From a virus (lineage: Duplodnaviria > Caudoviricetes): 27,356 bases of DNA. The position numbers were made by a program, and so were the translations under genes. A model generated the notes under the pieces. It did no database searches. It was not told the DNA's origin and saw only the letters and a program-made list of their open reading frames with translations. Shown here in pieces: positions 9,522 through 18,488 of this stretch; position 1 is the stretch's first letter; the number at the start of each line of letters is the position of its first letter. The stretch covers positions 1 to 27,356 of the IMG/VR virus record IMGVR_UViG_3300002307_001278; one strand, 5' to 3'.

Positions 9522-10711
9522 GATTTGTATTTGAAGAAGATGAAAGCAATTTTATTAAATGCGAAGATGTTAATACATCTGGTATTAAACGTTTTCCGCC
9601 AAGCCCGTTAGTATCACGCTTGCCGTGGCACTATAAATCTAAACTACGTTTTTGGCCAAGGAAATATATCATTGCTTCAGGAGTAGCACATCATCCTAAC
9701 AATTGGGCAGGTTTGGATAAAGAAAGTTTCTTTGGTCTGTTAAACTACAGATACCTAACTGATTTAAAACATAGTAGAGCTATGTTGCTACTGGATCAAA
9801 GTCACGAAGGATACCAAACACAATGGTTGTGGGAATATTTCCACAAACAATGCAGAGACTATCAAATTAACCCACAGTTAATAATCTATGTAACTGGCAA
9901 TCTATTAGCAGAAGAACAATATCTATCCTGGGCTGATGCTAACAACATTATAGATAGGATTAACGTTATATCATATGCGCACTTTGAGGTTGATATAGAT
10001 CAGTTGGCTACTAAATCGAGCTTACCTACAGAGTTTAGTCTAGACTACAAGACAAATCATTTAGAATCAATTAAATTATTTAATTGTCTTAACAAACGCA
10101 ACCGCCCGCATAGATTTTGGTTTTATACCAGATTAATAGAGCACAACCTAGTTGATCAAGGATTAATTAGTATAAACAAATTTGATACACATCATATGTA
10201 TGTTGAAGGTCAACTCCCCGCTGCTGATCTAATAGAACAAGCCAATAGACGCTTACCATCAACTATATACGGAACATCTAATACAGAACAACCTGATAGT
10301 TATTATATTAACAGAATTAGAGATGACGTTTGTGCGGATAGTTGGGTATCAGTGGTGTCAGAATCATCATTTAGTGATATGGATAATGAGATATTCGTCA
10401 GTGAAAAGACATTTAAACCTATTGCATGTATGCATCCATTTATTATCTTAGGTAATCGAGGCAGTTTAGCTAAACTGCGAGAGATGGGATATAAAACATT
10501 TGACGGATGGATAGATGAAACTTATGACCAATTGCCTACCTTTGAACGAATGGAAGCAATAGTAACAGCCCTTAAGAAAATCAGTGAGATTAAGGATAAA
10601 CTAGTATGGTATAAATCCATGCAGCATATATTAGAACATAACAGAAAACAATTATCCATTAATGCCAGATTAGATAATTCTGCAATTGTTAAATTAAGGA
10701 GTATTGGATAA
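9518..10711 (+). CDS. Hypothetical protein, possible GT-B type glycosyltransferase
   Basis: 397 aa; LNKRNRPHR and VVSES...FVSEKTFKPI...PFIILG resemble the (T/S)EK nucleotide-sugar-binding region of GT10-like enzymes; assignment tentative. Confidence 0.45.
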   Translation: MRFVFEEDESNFIKCEDVNTSGIKRFPPSPLVSRLPWHYKSKLRFWPRKYIIASGVAHHPNNWAGLDKESFFGLLNYRYLTDLKHSRAMLLLDQSHEGYQTQWLWEYFHKQCRDYQINPQLIIYVTGNLLAEEQYLSWADANNIIDRINVISYAHFEVDIDQLATKSSLPTEFSLDYKTNHLESIKLFNCLNKRNRPHRFWFYTRLIEHNLVDQGLISINKFDTHHMYVEGQLPAADLIEQANRRLPSTIYGTSNTEQPDSYYINRIRDDVCADSWVSVVSESSFSDMDNEIFVSEKTFKPIACMHPFIILGNRGSLAKLREMGYKTFDGWIDETYDQLPTFERMEAIVTALKKISEIKDKLVWYKSMQHILEHNRKQLSINARLDNSAIVKLRSIG

Positions 10712-11307
10712 TGAATATAGACACAGAACACCTACACCATTGGATGCAGGCCATCCGACAAAGTAAAGACCCGCAACGAGTCTTAGATGCGTTTTGGGCT
10801 GGACAGATTAAAAGCAAAGAATGGTTAATAGAAAATCTACGCCCTCACGTTACTAAAGAAGTAACTATAGACATACACGGCGGTTGGGTTGGTGTACTAG
10901 CTAGTATGTTGTTTCAGAGTGGGTTACCAATAGGCAAAATTCGTAGTGTTGATATAGATCATGATGTTCAAGACACTGCAAATACCATGAACAAAGGTGA
11001 AGAAATTGATGGCAAATTCACTGCTCTGCTGGCAAATATGTGTGATATACAGGCCAATTATGACGTAATTATCAACACCAGTTGCGAACATGTATCACAA
11101 CCCCAATATGATCAATGGTTGGCTAATAGAATGCCAAATGCGCTGTTAGTCTTACAAAGCAACAACTATCAAATTGAAGAGCATGTGCGCATAGCACAGA
11201 GTTTAGATGAATTTAAGCAACAGAGTAATATCGATGTTGTATGGCAGGGCGAATTAGAATTGCCGTTGTATACTCGTTATATGTTAATTGGTAAAATTAA
11301 AGGCTAA
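10711..11307 (+). CDS. Class I SAM-dependent methyltransferase
   Basis: Gly-rich motif I (IDIHGGWVG), acidic motif II (IRSVDID), DVIINTSCEH; TAATG overlap with the previous gene. Confidence 0.75.
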   Translation: MNIDTEHLHHWMQAIRQSKDPQRVLDAFWAGQIKSKEWLIENLRPHVTKEVTIDIHGGWVGVLASMLFQSGLPIGKIRSVDIDHDVQDTANTMNKGEEIDGKFTALLANMCDIQANYDVIINTSCEHVSQPQYDQWLANRMPNALLVLQSNNYQIEEHVRIAQSLDEFKQQSNIDVVWQGELELPLYTRYMLIGKIKG

Positions 11308-11509
11308 CAATGATAGGAGCCGGTGACCCTTTAATAAAGGTAACTAATTTGTTTTTATAACTAAACTCAGCTTTGGTAAAGATAGATTTATTAAAACTGT
11401 ACCCAATCATTGTAATTGGGAAATAAAGTAGGTTAGATTCTATACGATATGCCTTAATGTCGTCATTCCATAGAGTGATTGCTATATCGTAGTCTTTTAC
11501 ATTTTCCAT
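11297..11509 (-). CDS. Small hypothetical protein
   Basis: 70-aa ORF filling the gap; its start overlaps the stop of the upstream minus-strand gene. Confidence 0.55.
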   Translation of the reverse strand: MENVKDYDIAITLWNDDIKAYRIESNLLYFPITMIGYSFNKSIFTKAEFSYKNKLVTFIKGSPAPIIVSL

Positions 11510-12168
11510 TTTGCTTCAGCCTGAGAATAAAGATTTGTTGTATCTAAATGTGAAAATATTCTATTTAAAACAACTTTAAAGTTGTCTAACATTAATACAA
11601 TAAACTGGTCATACGTAAGTATAAATTTTAGTGGACCAAAAAAGTAAACTCTATCATTACAAACGTATCGATGATCTGGAAAAATCATCGTTTCGGGAAA
11701 CATGCTATTAGAATCTTTAAGGATTTTAATAATCCATGCTACCTGATCAATATATTCAGTTACGTAAGGTTCGTCGATTGTTTCGTATTCTGAAAAATAT
11801 TTTACTGCAAACGGCACACCCAAACTTGGCATAGAATAAGATATTTGTTCATAGTTTTGGCTAGTTTCTACCTCAACAGGTTTGGCAAACGAAAACGATT
11901 GCTGTTGACTTTCGGTGAATAATAAACTTAACACAGCAAAATCATTATATGGACTATCAAGGTTGTCGGACTCACTCAATGATTGTTTAGTGTCGTTGTT
12001 GAAATAATAAGCATAATTATGACTGATTACATAAAATCCCAAGTCGTCGTTAACCCAAAACGTATTGTCTTCTTCCTCGAGTTGAGGCACGACCGGCATA
12101 AAGTTATAGGCAGCATGCATTGATTTGGCTGACCAAGATTGTAATTTAGATTTTAAGATTTGGTTCAT
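11497..12168 (-). CDS. Hypothetical protein, possibly a degenerate kinase-like fold
   Basis: ORF track starts at 12189; start 12168 (MNQILKSK) preferred because it lies 5 nt after an ATAAATA box. The C-terminal helix-loop-strand pattern only weakly recalls 20744..21430. Confidence 0.6.
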   Translation of the reverse strand: MNQILKSKLQSWSAKSMHAAYNFMPVVPQLEEEDNTFWVNDDLGFYVISHNYAYYFNNDTKQSLSESDNLDSPYNDFAVLSLLFTESQQQSFSFAKPVEVETSQNYEQISYSMPSLGVPFAVKYFSEYETIDEPYVTEYIDQVAWIIKILKDSNSMFPETMIFPDHRYVCNDRVYFFGPLKFILTYDQFIVLMLDNFKVVLNRIFSHLDTTNLYSQAEAKWKM

Positions 12169-12172
12169 ATTA

Positions 12173-12181
12173 ATATTTATC
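12173..12181 (-). promoter_or_regulatory. T4-late-like promoter box GATAAATAT
   Basis: Minus strand reads GATAAATA TTAAT ATG (ATG at 12168); resembles the T4 gp55 late promoter TATAAATA. Confidence 0.55.
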
Positions 12182-12205
12182 CATACCACTGAACTAAAAC
12201 TTCAA

Positions 12206-13264
12206 TTAACCTTGTATTTGATCTATAGGGCGAGAAAACTTAGCACTAGTCTGCCCGCATGATCTTGCACAGGTGATTAGTTTGTTGTTAGTCCAATAAT
12301 CTTCCCATACAGTCTGATAAGCATCTGAATTAATAATCTCTTTAATAGAACTAGTAACTGTGTTAATATTTCCTAGTTTTTCTACTAATTCGTTATTTTG
12401 CCTTAGCATTTCTGTTCGAACTTCATATGCGTGATCTGGATCTATGTAGGTATATGGTACGCCACCTAGCCAACAGCAGGGATATAGATCCCCAAATGCG
12501 TCTATGTAGACTTCTTTTGTCTTTAACGAGTGACAATCGATTACAGTGTCTTTTAGTAGCTCTTTGTAGGAATCAACAATTTTTCTATCAATGAATTTTA
12601 TAGGAGTGTCAGTGGCCGGCTCAAGATTATACAGATGATTGCCTTGCTTGTCAACTACGCTAAATTTTGGATCTAACATAAATCTAGAACTGTTTTTTAA
12701 CGTAAACTTTTTAAAACCTAGTTTATCCGCTAATGCTCGTGCTTCGTCAACCTGGTGCTCATTATGTTTAAATCTTATAAAAACCCATTCGGCAATACCG
12801 CCTGCATTGATAAATGTCTGCGCATTACGTAAAACAGTATCAAATTGTGTACCAACTCTATACAAGTGATGCGTATCAGCTAGTCCATCTAGGGCAAAAA
12901 CTACACTATGATTAGTAGGCATCGCCTGCGCTAGCGATTGCCACCATTTAGAATTACGTGCGCCACCGTTGGTGTGTATGCTAACTCCTAGGACAGGGTT
13001 AATATCTCTTGAATACAGACACATTTTAATCAAATCATTGTTTAAAATAGGATCACCGTAGCCGCCGCAAAAATAATAATTGTCAATTTGGTTTAATACT
13101 TCTTTGGTCATGATAGATTGAAACATCTCTAATGTCCATGAATTGATCTTTAACAGCGGGTTCTCTAATCCGCCATGTACATTACGCGAACACATAGGGC
13201 AACCAGCCTGGCAGTTATTGGTTATTTCTAAATGTATCTGTTTTAATTCGTTAAACTTGAACAT
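12206..13264 (-). CDS. Radical SAM enzyme with C-terminal twitch/SPASM-like domain
   Basis: CQAGCPMC, CGGYGDP, HTNGG, FALDGL; C-terminal IDC...YPCCW...TCARSC. Confidence 0.9.
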   Translation of the reverse strand: MFKFNELKQIHLEITNNCQAGCPMCSRNVHGGLENPLLKINSWTLEMFQSIMTKEVLNQIDNYYFCGGYGDPILNNDLIKMCLYSRDINPVLGVSIHTNGGARNSKWWQSLAQAMPTNHSVVFALDGLADTHHLYRVGTQFDTVLRNAQTFINAGGIAEWVFIRFKHNEHQVDEARALADKLGFKKFTLKNSSRFMLDPKFSVVDKQGNHLYNLEPATDTPIKFIDRKIVDSYKELLKDTVIDCHSLKTKEVYIDAFGDLYPCCWLGGVPYTYIDPDHAYEVRTEMLRQNNELVEKLGNINTVTSSIKEIINSDAYQTVWEDYWTNNKLITCARSCGQTSAKFSRPIDQIQG

Positions 13265-14313
13265 TATGCTTGATCCTTGGAATTATTAAATCTATTTTTA
13301 GAATCTGAACAAGTACCAGCACAGGTGCCCAATCGATGAGGAAATTTTTTATCCCAGCTGAGCTGAGTTCTCTGGAAGAATTCAGATGATATAATGTCAT
13401 CCCATTCGTGCAGGTTTAAATTAATGTGAGTATCCCCATAGGTAGACCACAGATCAACCCAACCATCATCAACTTTGATGTTACGCTTTCTTGATACTAC
13501 TGTGCTGGCTAAAAAACAACAGGGGAATACACGACCTAGGTGATCAATATACACTTCTTTTTCTTTTTGTGAATGGCAAGAAATTTTAGAGTCGTTGATT
13601 GATGCTAGTAAATTCTTAATATTCTTATTAACGGACCTATCAAAAAACAATATATTCTTGTTTTGATCTTCATTTGGCGGCTGTAGTAAAGTACCGTCAC
13701 CGGCCATTCTGTCAACACCTAATAGGCTTTCTAATAGAAATCTGTGAGTCTTGCGCACGTTAAAATTTGCAAAACCCATAGATAAGGCCAGTTCTCGAGC
13801 TTGATCAATTTGATGTTCGTTGTGCTTAAATGGAATGAATTGCCATTCAGCTCGACCACCAGCATCAATAAATGCCTGCACATTGTCCATGACCTTTTGC
13901 CATTTAACATTGATTCTATATAAGTGATTGGTATCTTCAAGCCCGTCTATGCCAAATACTATTCCAGCGTTGGTACCTAATGCAACAGCTAGGTCTTTCC
14001 AAAAGTCTGTGCTCTTCATACCACCGTTGGACGATACCCTAATAGGAATATCTGATACTTTGCTTTTAACTGTTTGTATAACTTCTAAAAAGTTTGGTGC
14101 AGAACAAGGATCACCAAGGCCTCCGCAGAATATCACTTCTTTGAGATTATCGTATATCTTTTGTGGAATACGATCAAAGAACTCAACAGGGAGATATGTC
14201 TGTACAAAGTTTGAATAATCACCCGGAAACTCTTCTCGTAGACACTGAGGGCATTTTGCATTGCAGATGCTGCTATTCTCAAATTCTATTTTTTCAATAC
14301 TAGTATAAAACAT
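13264..14313 (-). CDS. Radical SAM enzyme with C-terminal twitch/SPASM-like domain
   Basis: CNAKCPQC, CGGLGDP, SSNGG, FGIDGL; C-terminal ISC...FPCCF...TCAGTC; tandem paralog of 12206..13264. Confidence 0.9.
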   Translation of the reverse strand: MFYTSIEKIEFENSSICNAKCPQCLREEFPGDYSNFVQTYLPVEFFDRIPQKIYDNLKEVIFCGGLGDPCSAPNFLEVIQTVKSKVSDIPIRVSSNGGMKSTDFWKDLAVALGTNAGIVFGIDGLEDTNHLYRINVKWQKVMDNVQAFIDAGGRAEWQFIPFKHNEHQIDQARELALSMGFANFNVRKTHRFLLESLLGVDRMAGDGTLLQPPNEDQNKNILFFDRSVNKNIKNLLASINDSKISCHSQKEKEVYIDHLGRVFPCCFLASTVVSRKRNIKVDDGWVDLWSTYGDTHINLNLHEWDDIISSEFFQRTQLSWDKKFPHRLGTCAGTCSDSKNRFNNSKDQA

Positions 14314-15239
14314 TAAATCATATGCTCCTCAAGATACTTCAATAGCATTAGTAGTCCTCGTCCACGTCCGTCGGAACCCATGCCCATGTGTATAGTGTCT
14401 GTTTCCGTCAGACCAAAATCTCTACAGATCTTTTTGTGCTTTTCACTGTGTAGGTTCCACAAATGATCTGGACTCAAATTAGATAAAAAGTAATTGCCTA
14501 CAACCAACGACATCATACTAATTTGTGCGTAGTCGTTCATTATTGATATACTATCCTCAGTATGTTCTTTTGTCCATCTGAGTCCGATTCTGTTCCATCC
14601 GCTAATACCACATCCTTTACTCATACTTGATGCAAAACTCTTAATAGCTGAGTGGCTTAGATCTAAGGTTATATTCCTTGCGGCTGTGAGCCAAGCACCA
14701 TCAAGATGCAGAGGAATGTTTAATTCTAAACAACGATCAAATAACTCATACATCTGAGTATGGGCTTTTCCAGTCTGCGGAAAGGGTACAGCTAACATCA
14801 GTGGTATATTTGGTAATAATGTCTCTATAGTTCTTGGCACCAGTGATGGTTTTAGTTTTGTATGATAAACATATTCGTTTTCTAATACCTGCACCTGAGG
14901 ATTAGCAATATGAAAGTTATCAATGTATTGGGTAACACCTAGTATTACATCGCAACGACTAAAGCTCTCAAAACCTGTGATACAGTTAAGAGTTGACCCA
15001 CTTATAAAATTTTCAAAGTTAGTTTTAAATGTTTCTATTATTGGACCTGTTAAGTGATCTTTAACATTGGCTAGTCTATGTTGATGATCAACGTAATTCC
15101 AGTCAACCGCCGCAGACCTATCAATTATGTTTTTCATTAACATTTCTTGATGGTGATCTACAAACGCTCTAAATTTTTTGTTGTCAAGATGTTCTTCGGT
15201 ATACGATAGGGGCACCTTGAAAAAATGACTGGTTGGCAT
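14313..15239 (-). CDS. PLP-dependent fold-type I enzyme (aminotransferase-like)
   Basis: PLHLDGAW (PLP-pyridinium Asp) and FASSMSKG...RIG (Schiff-base Lys) with fold-I spacing; shorter than typical aminotransferases. Confidence 0.7.
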   Translation of the reverse strand: MPTSHFFKVPLSYTEEHLDNKKFRAFVDHHQEMLMKNIIDRSAAVDWNYVDHQHRLANVKDHLTGPIIETFKTNFENFISGSTLNCITGFESFSRCDVILGVTQYIDNFHIANPQVQVLENEYVYHTKLKPSLVPRTIETLLPNIPLMLAVPFPQTGKAHTQMYELFDRCLELNIPLHLDGAWLTAARNITLDLSHSAIKSFASSMSKGCGISGWNRIGLRWTKEHTEDSISIMNDYAQISMMSLVVGNYFLSNLSPDHLWNLHSEKHKKICRDFGLTETDTIHMGMGSDGRGRGLLMLLKYLEEHMI

Positions 15240-15245
15240 ATTTGA

Positions 15246-15274
15246 TTGACTGTGTTATACTAGCTATATAGTAT
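15246..15274 (+). promoter_or_regulatory. Possible sigma70-type promoter for 15333..15899
   Basis: TTGACT (15246-15251), 17-nt spacer, TAGTAT (15269-15274) in a divergent intergenic region. Confidence 0.4.
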
Positions 15275-15332
15275 ATATCAGTCTGAACTGTCAGCAAACA
15301 GAGATCTGAAATGGATACTTATAGGAACAACA

Positions 15333-15899
15333 ATGATTGAAATGATTAGGTGGTCTGAAGATTTAGATCTGTCGGACTTTTATGCTAAGGCAGCCAGCAA
15401 GGGATTTGGCAATAATAGTTCACGTAAAATGCTAGTTGATTGTTTTGCTAACGAACGCCAAAAGCAAACTTGGATGTTGTATCACAACTCAAAAGCAGTT
15501 GGATCTGTTGCGGCGCATAGTTTAGATGTTCCGGAGTTAGGCTCTAATTCTTATCGTATCTGTGCCCGAACCTGTGTATTCACTGACGAACTTCCTCGTA
15601 TGAGCTTGCGTACCGTCACCGGAATCACAACACATCAAAATTATACTGCACAATACCTAATGCCTACATGTATTGATTGGTGCCCAACGGATAGTGACTT
15701 GTATATTACCAGCACAGAAAGCGAAGTAGGATCACAACGATTGGTTAATAAGATATTTTGCCCAGCACTTGAGTCAACAAATGTATTAAAGTTTGCAGGT
15801 AGCTTTACCTATAGAAACACTGTGCAAAACTTTTGGTTAGTGAATGTTGATAAATTTAACGAAGAATTATCTCGCTACGGTCGCTGGACCAACCAATAG
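15333..15899 (+). CDS. Putative GNAT-fold acyltransferase
   Basis: 188 aa; strand/helix pattern WMLY...AVGSVAAH...YRICARTCV...LMPTCIDWC...LYITS fits a GNAT fold, but no clear Q/RxxGxG motif; SD-like AGGA upstream. Confidence 0.45.
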   Translation: MIEMIRWSEDLDLSDFYAKAASKGFGNNSSRKMLVDCFANERQKQTWMLYHNSKAVGSVAAHSLDVPELGSNSYRICARTCVFTDELPRMSLRTVTGITTHQNYTAQYLMPTCIDWCPTDSDLYITSTESEVGSQRLVNKIFCPALESTNVLKFAGSFTYRNTVQNFWLVNVDKFNEELSRYGRWTNQ

Positions 15900-16445
15900 T
15901 TCCTTAAGTCTGTTAAACCCTATTCTAGTATCTGCACCTCGTTCTTTAACTGCAACACTTACACACCATCTAGGTGCGTCGCTCGAGTTAACTACATCAT
16001 GTGGCACACTGACATTAACCAGCGATGGTTTTCCTATACGATGAGCATGGGCTAGTACATAGTCTGACTCATGCTCTGCTCTAAGGTAAGTACTGCCAAT
16101 TCCTGTAGTATCACTGATCAAAGAAGCACCGTCCTTGAGTGTAAACCAACGCATCAATGTTTGATCTTGATCATATACCCAATTAAGTTTACAACTATCG
16201 CTGGGCGTAACACAGTCAACGTGTTTAAAAATGCCAGCGTTGGGGGGACAATAAAATAGCTCTGCAAACCAAAGTTCAAGCCCAGCAGACTCTAACCAAC
16301 TGATAAACTCAGCAGTAAGATGTTCGTTACGTAGTTTAAAATGATTGACTGTTAACGGATCTAGATCTACTGTGCTAAAATAGTTTTGATCAGCTAGTAT
16401 CCAGTTTAGACCAATGTCAACGTCTAGGCAATATTCATTATCCAT
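15867..16445 (-). CDS. Fe(II)/2OG-type double-stranded beta-helix oxygenase-like protein
   Basis: HVD ... CKLNWV ... LVNVSVPH ... RWCVSV (HxD...H triad plus Arg). Confidence 0.65.
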   Translation of the reverse strand: MDNEYCLDVDIGLNWILADQNYFSTVDLDPLTVNHFKLRNEHLTAEFISWLESAGLELWFAELFYCPPNAGIFKHVDCVTPSDSCKLNWVYDQDQTLMRWFTLKDGASLISDTTGIGSTYLRAEHESDYVLAHAHRIGKPSLVNVSVPHDVVNSSDAPRWCVSVAVKERGADTRIGFNRLKELLVGPATVAR

Positions 16446-17022
16446 TTACTATTTTCTCTAGGATAACGTCAAACGATCTTGGATTCTTAAGCTGTAGACT
16501 AACAGAAGTTCTAATTTCTGGAGCAACAACAAGATGTGGTACTGATGTATTAATTAAACAAGGACCCTTGGTGTCCCAGATATCCACAGGATCTATACCA
16601 GATACATCAATTGGTATATAAGAAGTTAAGTTATTAGTAGTCCACTCAGCACTTGCTTCATTGCTCTGCATAACTACCTTTTTAACATTAGGTAAATCAT
16701 AAAACTGCACACGTGAGTTAGTTGAAGTCAAGGTCCAATTTATTGCGGACGGTAAAACAACTCCGTACTGATTACTGTCGATGTGTGCAATATGTGGATT
16801 TTTAGTTAACCAGTGCCACACTACTATTTTTTCTATGTCTAGGTCACGTTGCTCTAGGTAGTCTAAGAATTTAGGATTTAACACACTAGGAGGCAATGAT
16901 GCTTTGTGTACATAATTATCTTCAACAGGTGCTTGTGTTATAATAGTAACCTGACTAACATCTAGTAGATCATCTAGGTCAAACGGAATAACAGTTGATA
17001 GGTCTTGAGAAAATGGTATCAT
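16438..17022 (-). CDS. Fe(II)/2OG-type double-stranded beta-helix oxygenase-like protein
   Basis: HID ... SAINWT ... LINTSVPH ... RTSVSL; tandem paralog of 15867..16445. Confidence 0.65.
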   Translation of the reverse strand: MIPFSQDLSTVIPFDLDDLLDVSQVTIITQAPVEDNYVHKASLPPSVLNPKFLDYLEQRDLDIEKIVVWHWLTKNPHIAHIDSNQYGVVLPSAINWTLTSTNSRVQFYDLPNVKKVVMQSNEASAEWTTNNLTSYIPIDVSGIDPVDIWDTKGPCLINTSVPHLVVAPEIRTSVSLQLKNPRSFDVILEKIVNG

Positions 17023-17726
17023 TATTGAAACAACTGCTGATTTAAGTATTCAGCAATGCCTGCGTGTATATTTTTGCCTATATGCTGGCCGTCCTTTGCG
17101 GGATCATCTTTAATCATAGCCCAGCGGTCTTTAAGGTCAAATATAAAGACGTCAACACCAGCAAGTTTGCTAGCCTGTTCAATGAGGCACATGTTCTTTT
17201 CTAGAGAATATTGGTTAGACTCGTCATCGATATGTTTCCAAAAATCTTTATAAGGCAAATAGCTTTCTGGTAAATGCGGAATAAGATTACGTTGTATAGT
17301 GTGACTAACAAACTCTCGTCTGACCGCAGTAGTTGCCTGTATTATGATCTTTTTTGGCCTATACTTCTTTAACCCAGAACTAATTATTCGCGCAATAGTA
17401 TCCCAGCTTGCTCCGTTAGAGCCTAGGTTAATAGTTTTATTGTTGGTTAATACTTCTAATCGTCTAGTCCATGTTTCATAGTTCTCAACGCCTACACCCA
17501 AAACATCACTATGCCCAACACACCAAATGCTACGGTTTAGATCGTCATCAGACCAGTTTTTATCGCGATACCCTAGTTGATTAAAGTTATACCATATAGT
17601 ATTAGAAAGATCTGGATATATTTCTTTGGTTTCTAAGTTTGGTTGTTGTTCTATAGCAATCAGATGTGCTGGAGGTATTCCACTTTCAAACCACTGCTGA
17701 TTGTAGGTAAACGGAGCAAAAGACAT
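17022..17726 (-). CDS. SGNH hydrolase-fold protein
   Basis: CVGHSDVLG (block I variant), INLGSNGAS, C-terminal DGQH (DxxH). ORF track starts at 17804; start 17726 (MSFAPF) preferred because of SD-like AGGAAG at 17731-17736 (minus) and the upstream promoter palindrome. Confidence 0.7.
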   Translation of the reverse strand: MSFAPFTYNQQWFESGIPPAHLIAIEQQPNLETKEIYPDLSNTIWYNFNQLGYRDKNWSDDDLNRSIWCVGHSDVLGVGVENYETWTRRLEVLTNNKTINLGSNGASWDTIARIISSGLKKYRPKKIIIQATTAVRREFVSHTIQRNLIPHLPESYLPYKDFWKHIDDESNQYSLEKNMCLIEQASKLAGVDVFIFDLKDRWAMIKDDPAKDGQHIGKNIHAGIAEYLNQQLFQ

Positions 17727-17743
17727 GTAACTTCCTAGTATGT

Positions 17744-17784
17744 TAAAATATTTATTGCTCAATGGTTGCACAATAAATATTTTA
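17744..17784. promoter_or_regulatory. Perfect 14-bp inverted repeat forming a bidirectional late-promoter-like element
   Basis: TAAAATATTTATTG (17744-17757) and CAATAAATATTTTA (17771-17784) are exact reverse complements with a 13-nt spacer; each arm gives an outward-facing AATAAATA followed by AGGA and an ATG. Confidence 0.75.
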
Positions 17785-17803
17785 CTATACACAAGGATTA
17801 TCA

Positions 17804-18487
17804 ATGACTACTGAAGTAAAGAACATATATCGTGGAAAAGAGTTTAGATTTTGCGATGAGCTAATGGCATTACGACAAGGACTCACTGAGGACTTTCTCA
17901 GAACCTTTCCAGACTTTGATAAGATTCCGGATCCACCGGGTACTATTCCGGATAGATTCTCAGGATACAAACATGTATCTTTACAGTATGACATAGATAA
18001 TATGCCAGGTGCTAATCATGACATGTTAAAATTTGATAGATCGTTGTGTACTCCAGAGAACTTTCCTACAGCATTTAATCACATCTTTCCTAACTATGAT
18101 GGTGTTACTATCTGTGGTTACGGACTAATGTATCCGCATAGTGTAATTTCTCGTCACACAGGTATTGAAAATAGAACAGGAGAGTGGATTCGCGTGCATA
18201 TTCCGTTGATCATTCCCGAGGGTGATCTAGGCATGGAAGTTAACGGAGAGATCGTTGATTGGTCTGACCTATTTGCCTTTAACAACCAACGTTTACATAG
18301 TGTATGGAACTTCACTGATGAATATCGATTGATCTTATTAGTTGATATGCTGCGTACATGTTGTGACCTTCCACCGGGTATACCTTTTAAGGAAGGCGAC
18401 GACTGTGAAAGCATAGAATGTTTACCGTTTCCCAAAACAGAACAGGGTAATTACCGCAAGTACCTAAAGTCAATAGGTAGAAGTTAA
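17804..18487 (+). CDS. Aspartyl/asparaginyl beta-hydroxylase family Fe(II)/2OG oxygenase
   Basis: RHTG...IRVHIPLIIP...FNNQRLHSVWN...RLILLVD matches the AspH-family signature (HxG...H...R). Confidence 0.85.
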   Translation: MTTEVKNIYRGKEFRFCDELMALRQGLTEDFLRTFPDFDKIPDPPGTIPDRFSGYKHVSLQYDIDNMPGANHDMLKFDRSLCTPENFPTAFNHIFPNYDGVTICGYGLMYPHSVISRHTGIENRTGEWIRVHIPLIIPEGDLGMEVNGEIVDWSDLFAFNNQRLHSVWNFTDEYRLILLVDMLRTCCDLPPGIPFKEGDDCESIECLPFPKTEQGNYRKYLKSIGRS

Positions 18488-18488
18488 T

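Noticed and set aside
1968-11307. Bacterial O-antigen or capsule locus
   Set aside because: No flippase, polymerase, ABC exporter or NDP-sugar synthesis genes; flanked by phage structural genes.
12206-14313. MoaA, PqqE or anaerobic sulfatase maturase assignment for the rSAMs
   Set aside because: Only superfamily-level motifs are shared; no moaC, pqq or sulfatase partner gene was recognised, so specific names are unsupported.
17727-17804. Longest-ORF starts at 17804(-), 12189(-), 22114(+), 26043(-) and 26857(-)
   Set aside because: The extensions run through promoter-like boxes or overlap neighbouring genes; downstream ATGs have better SD or promoter context.
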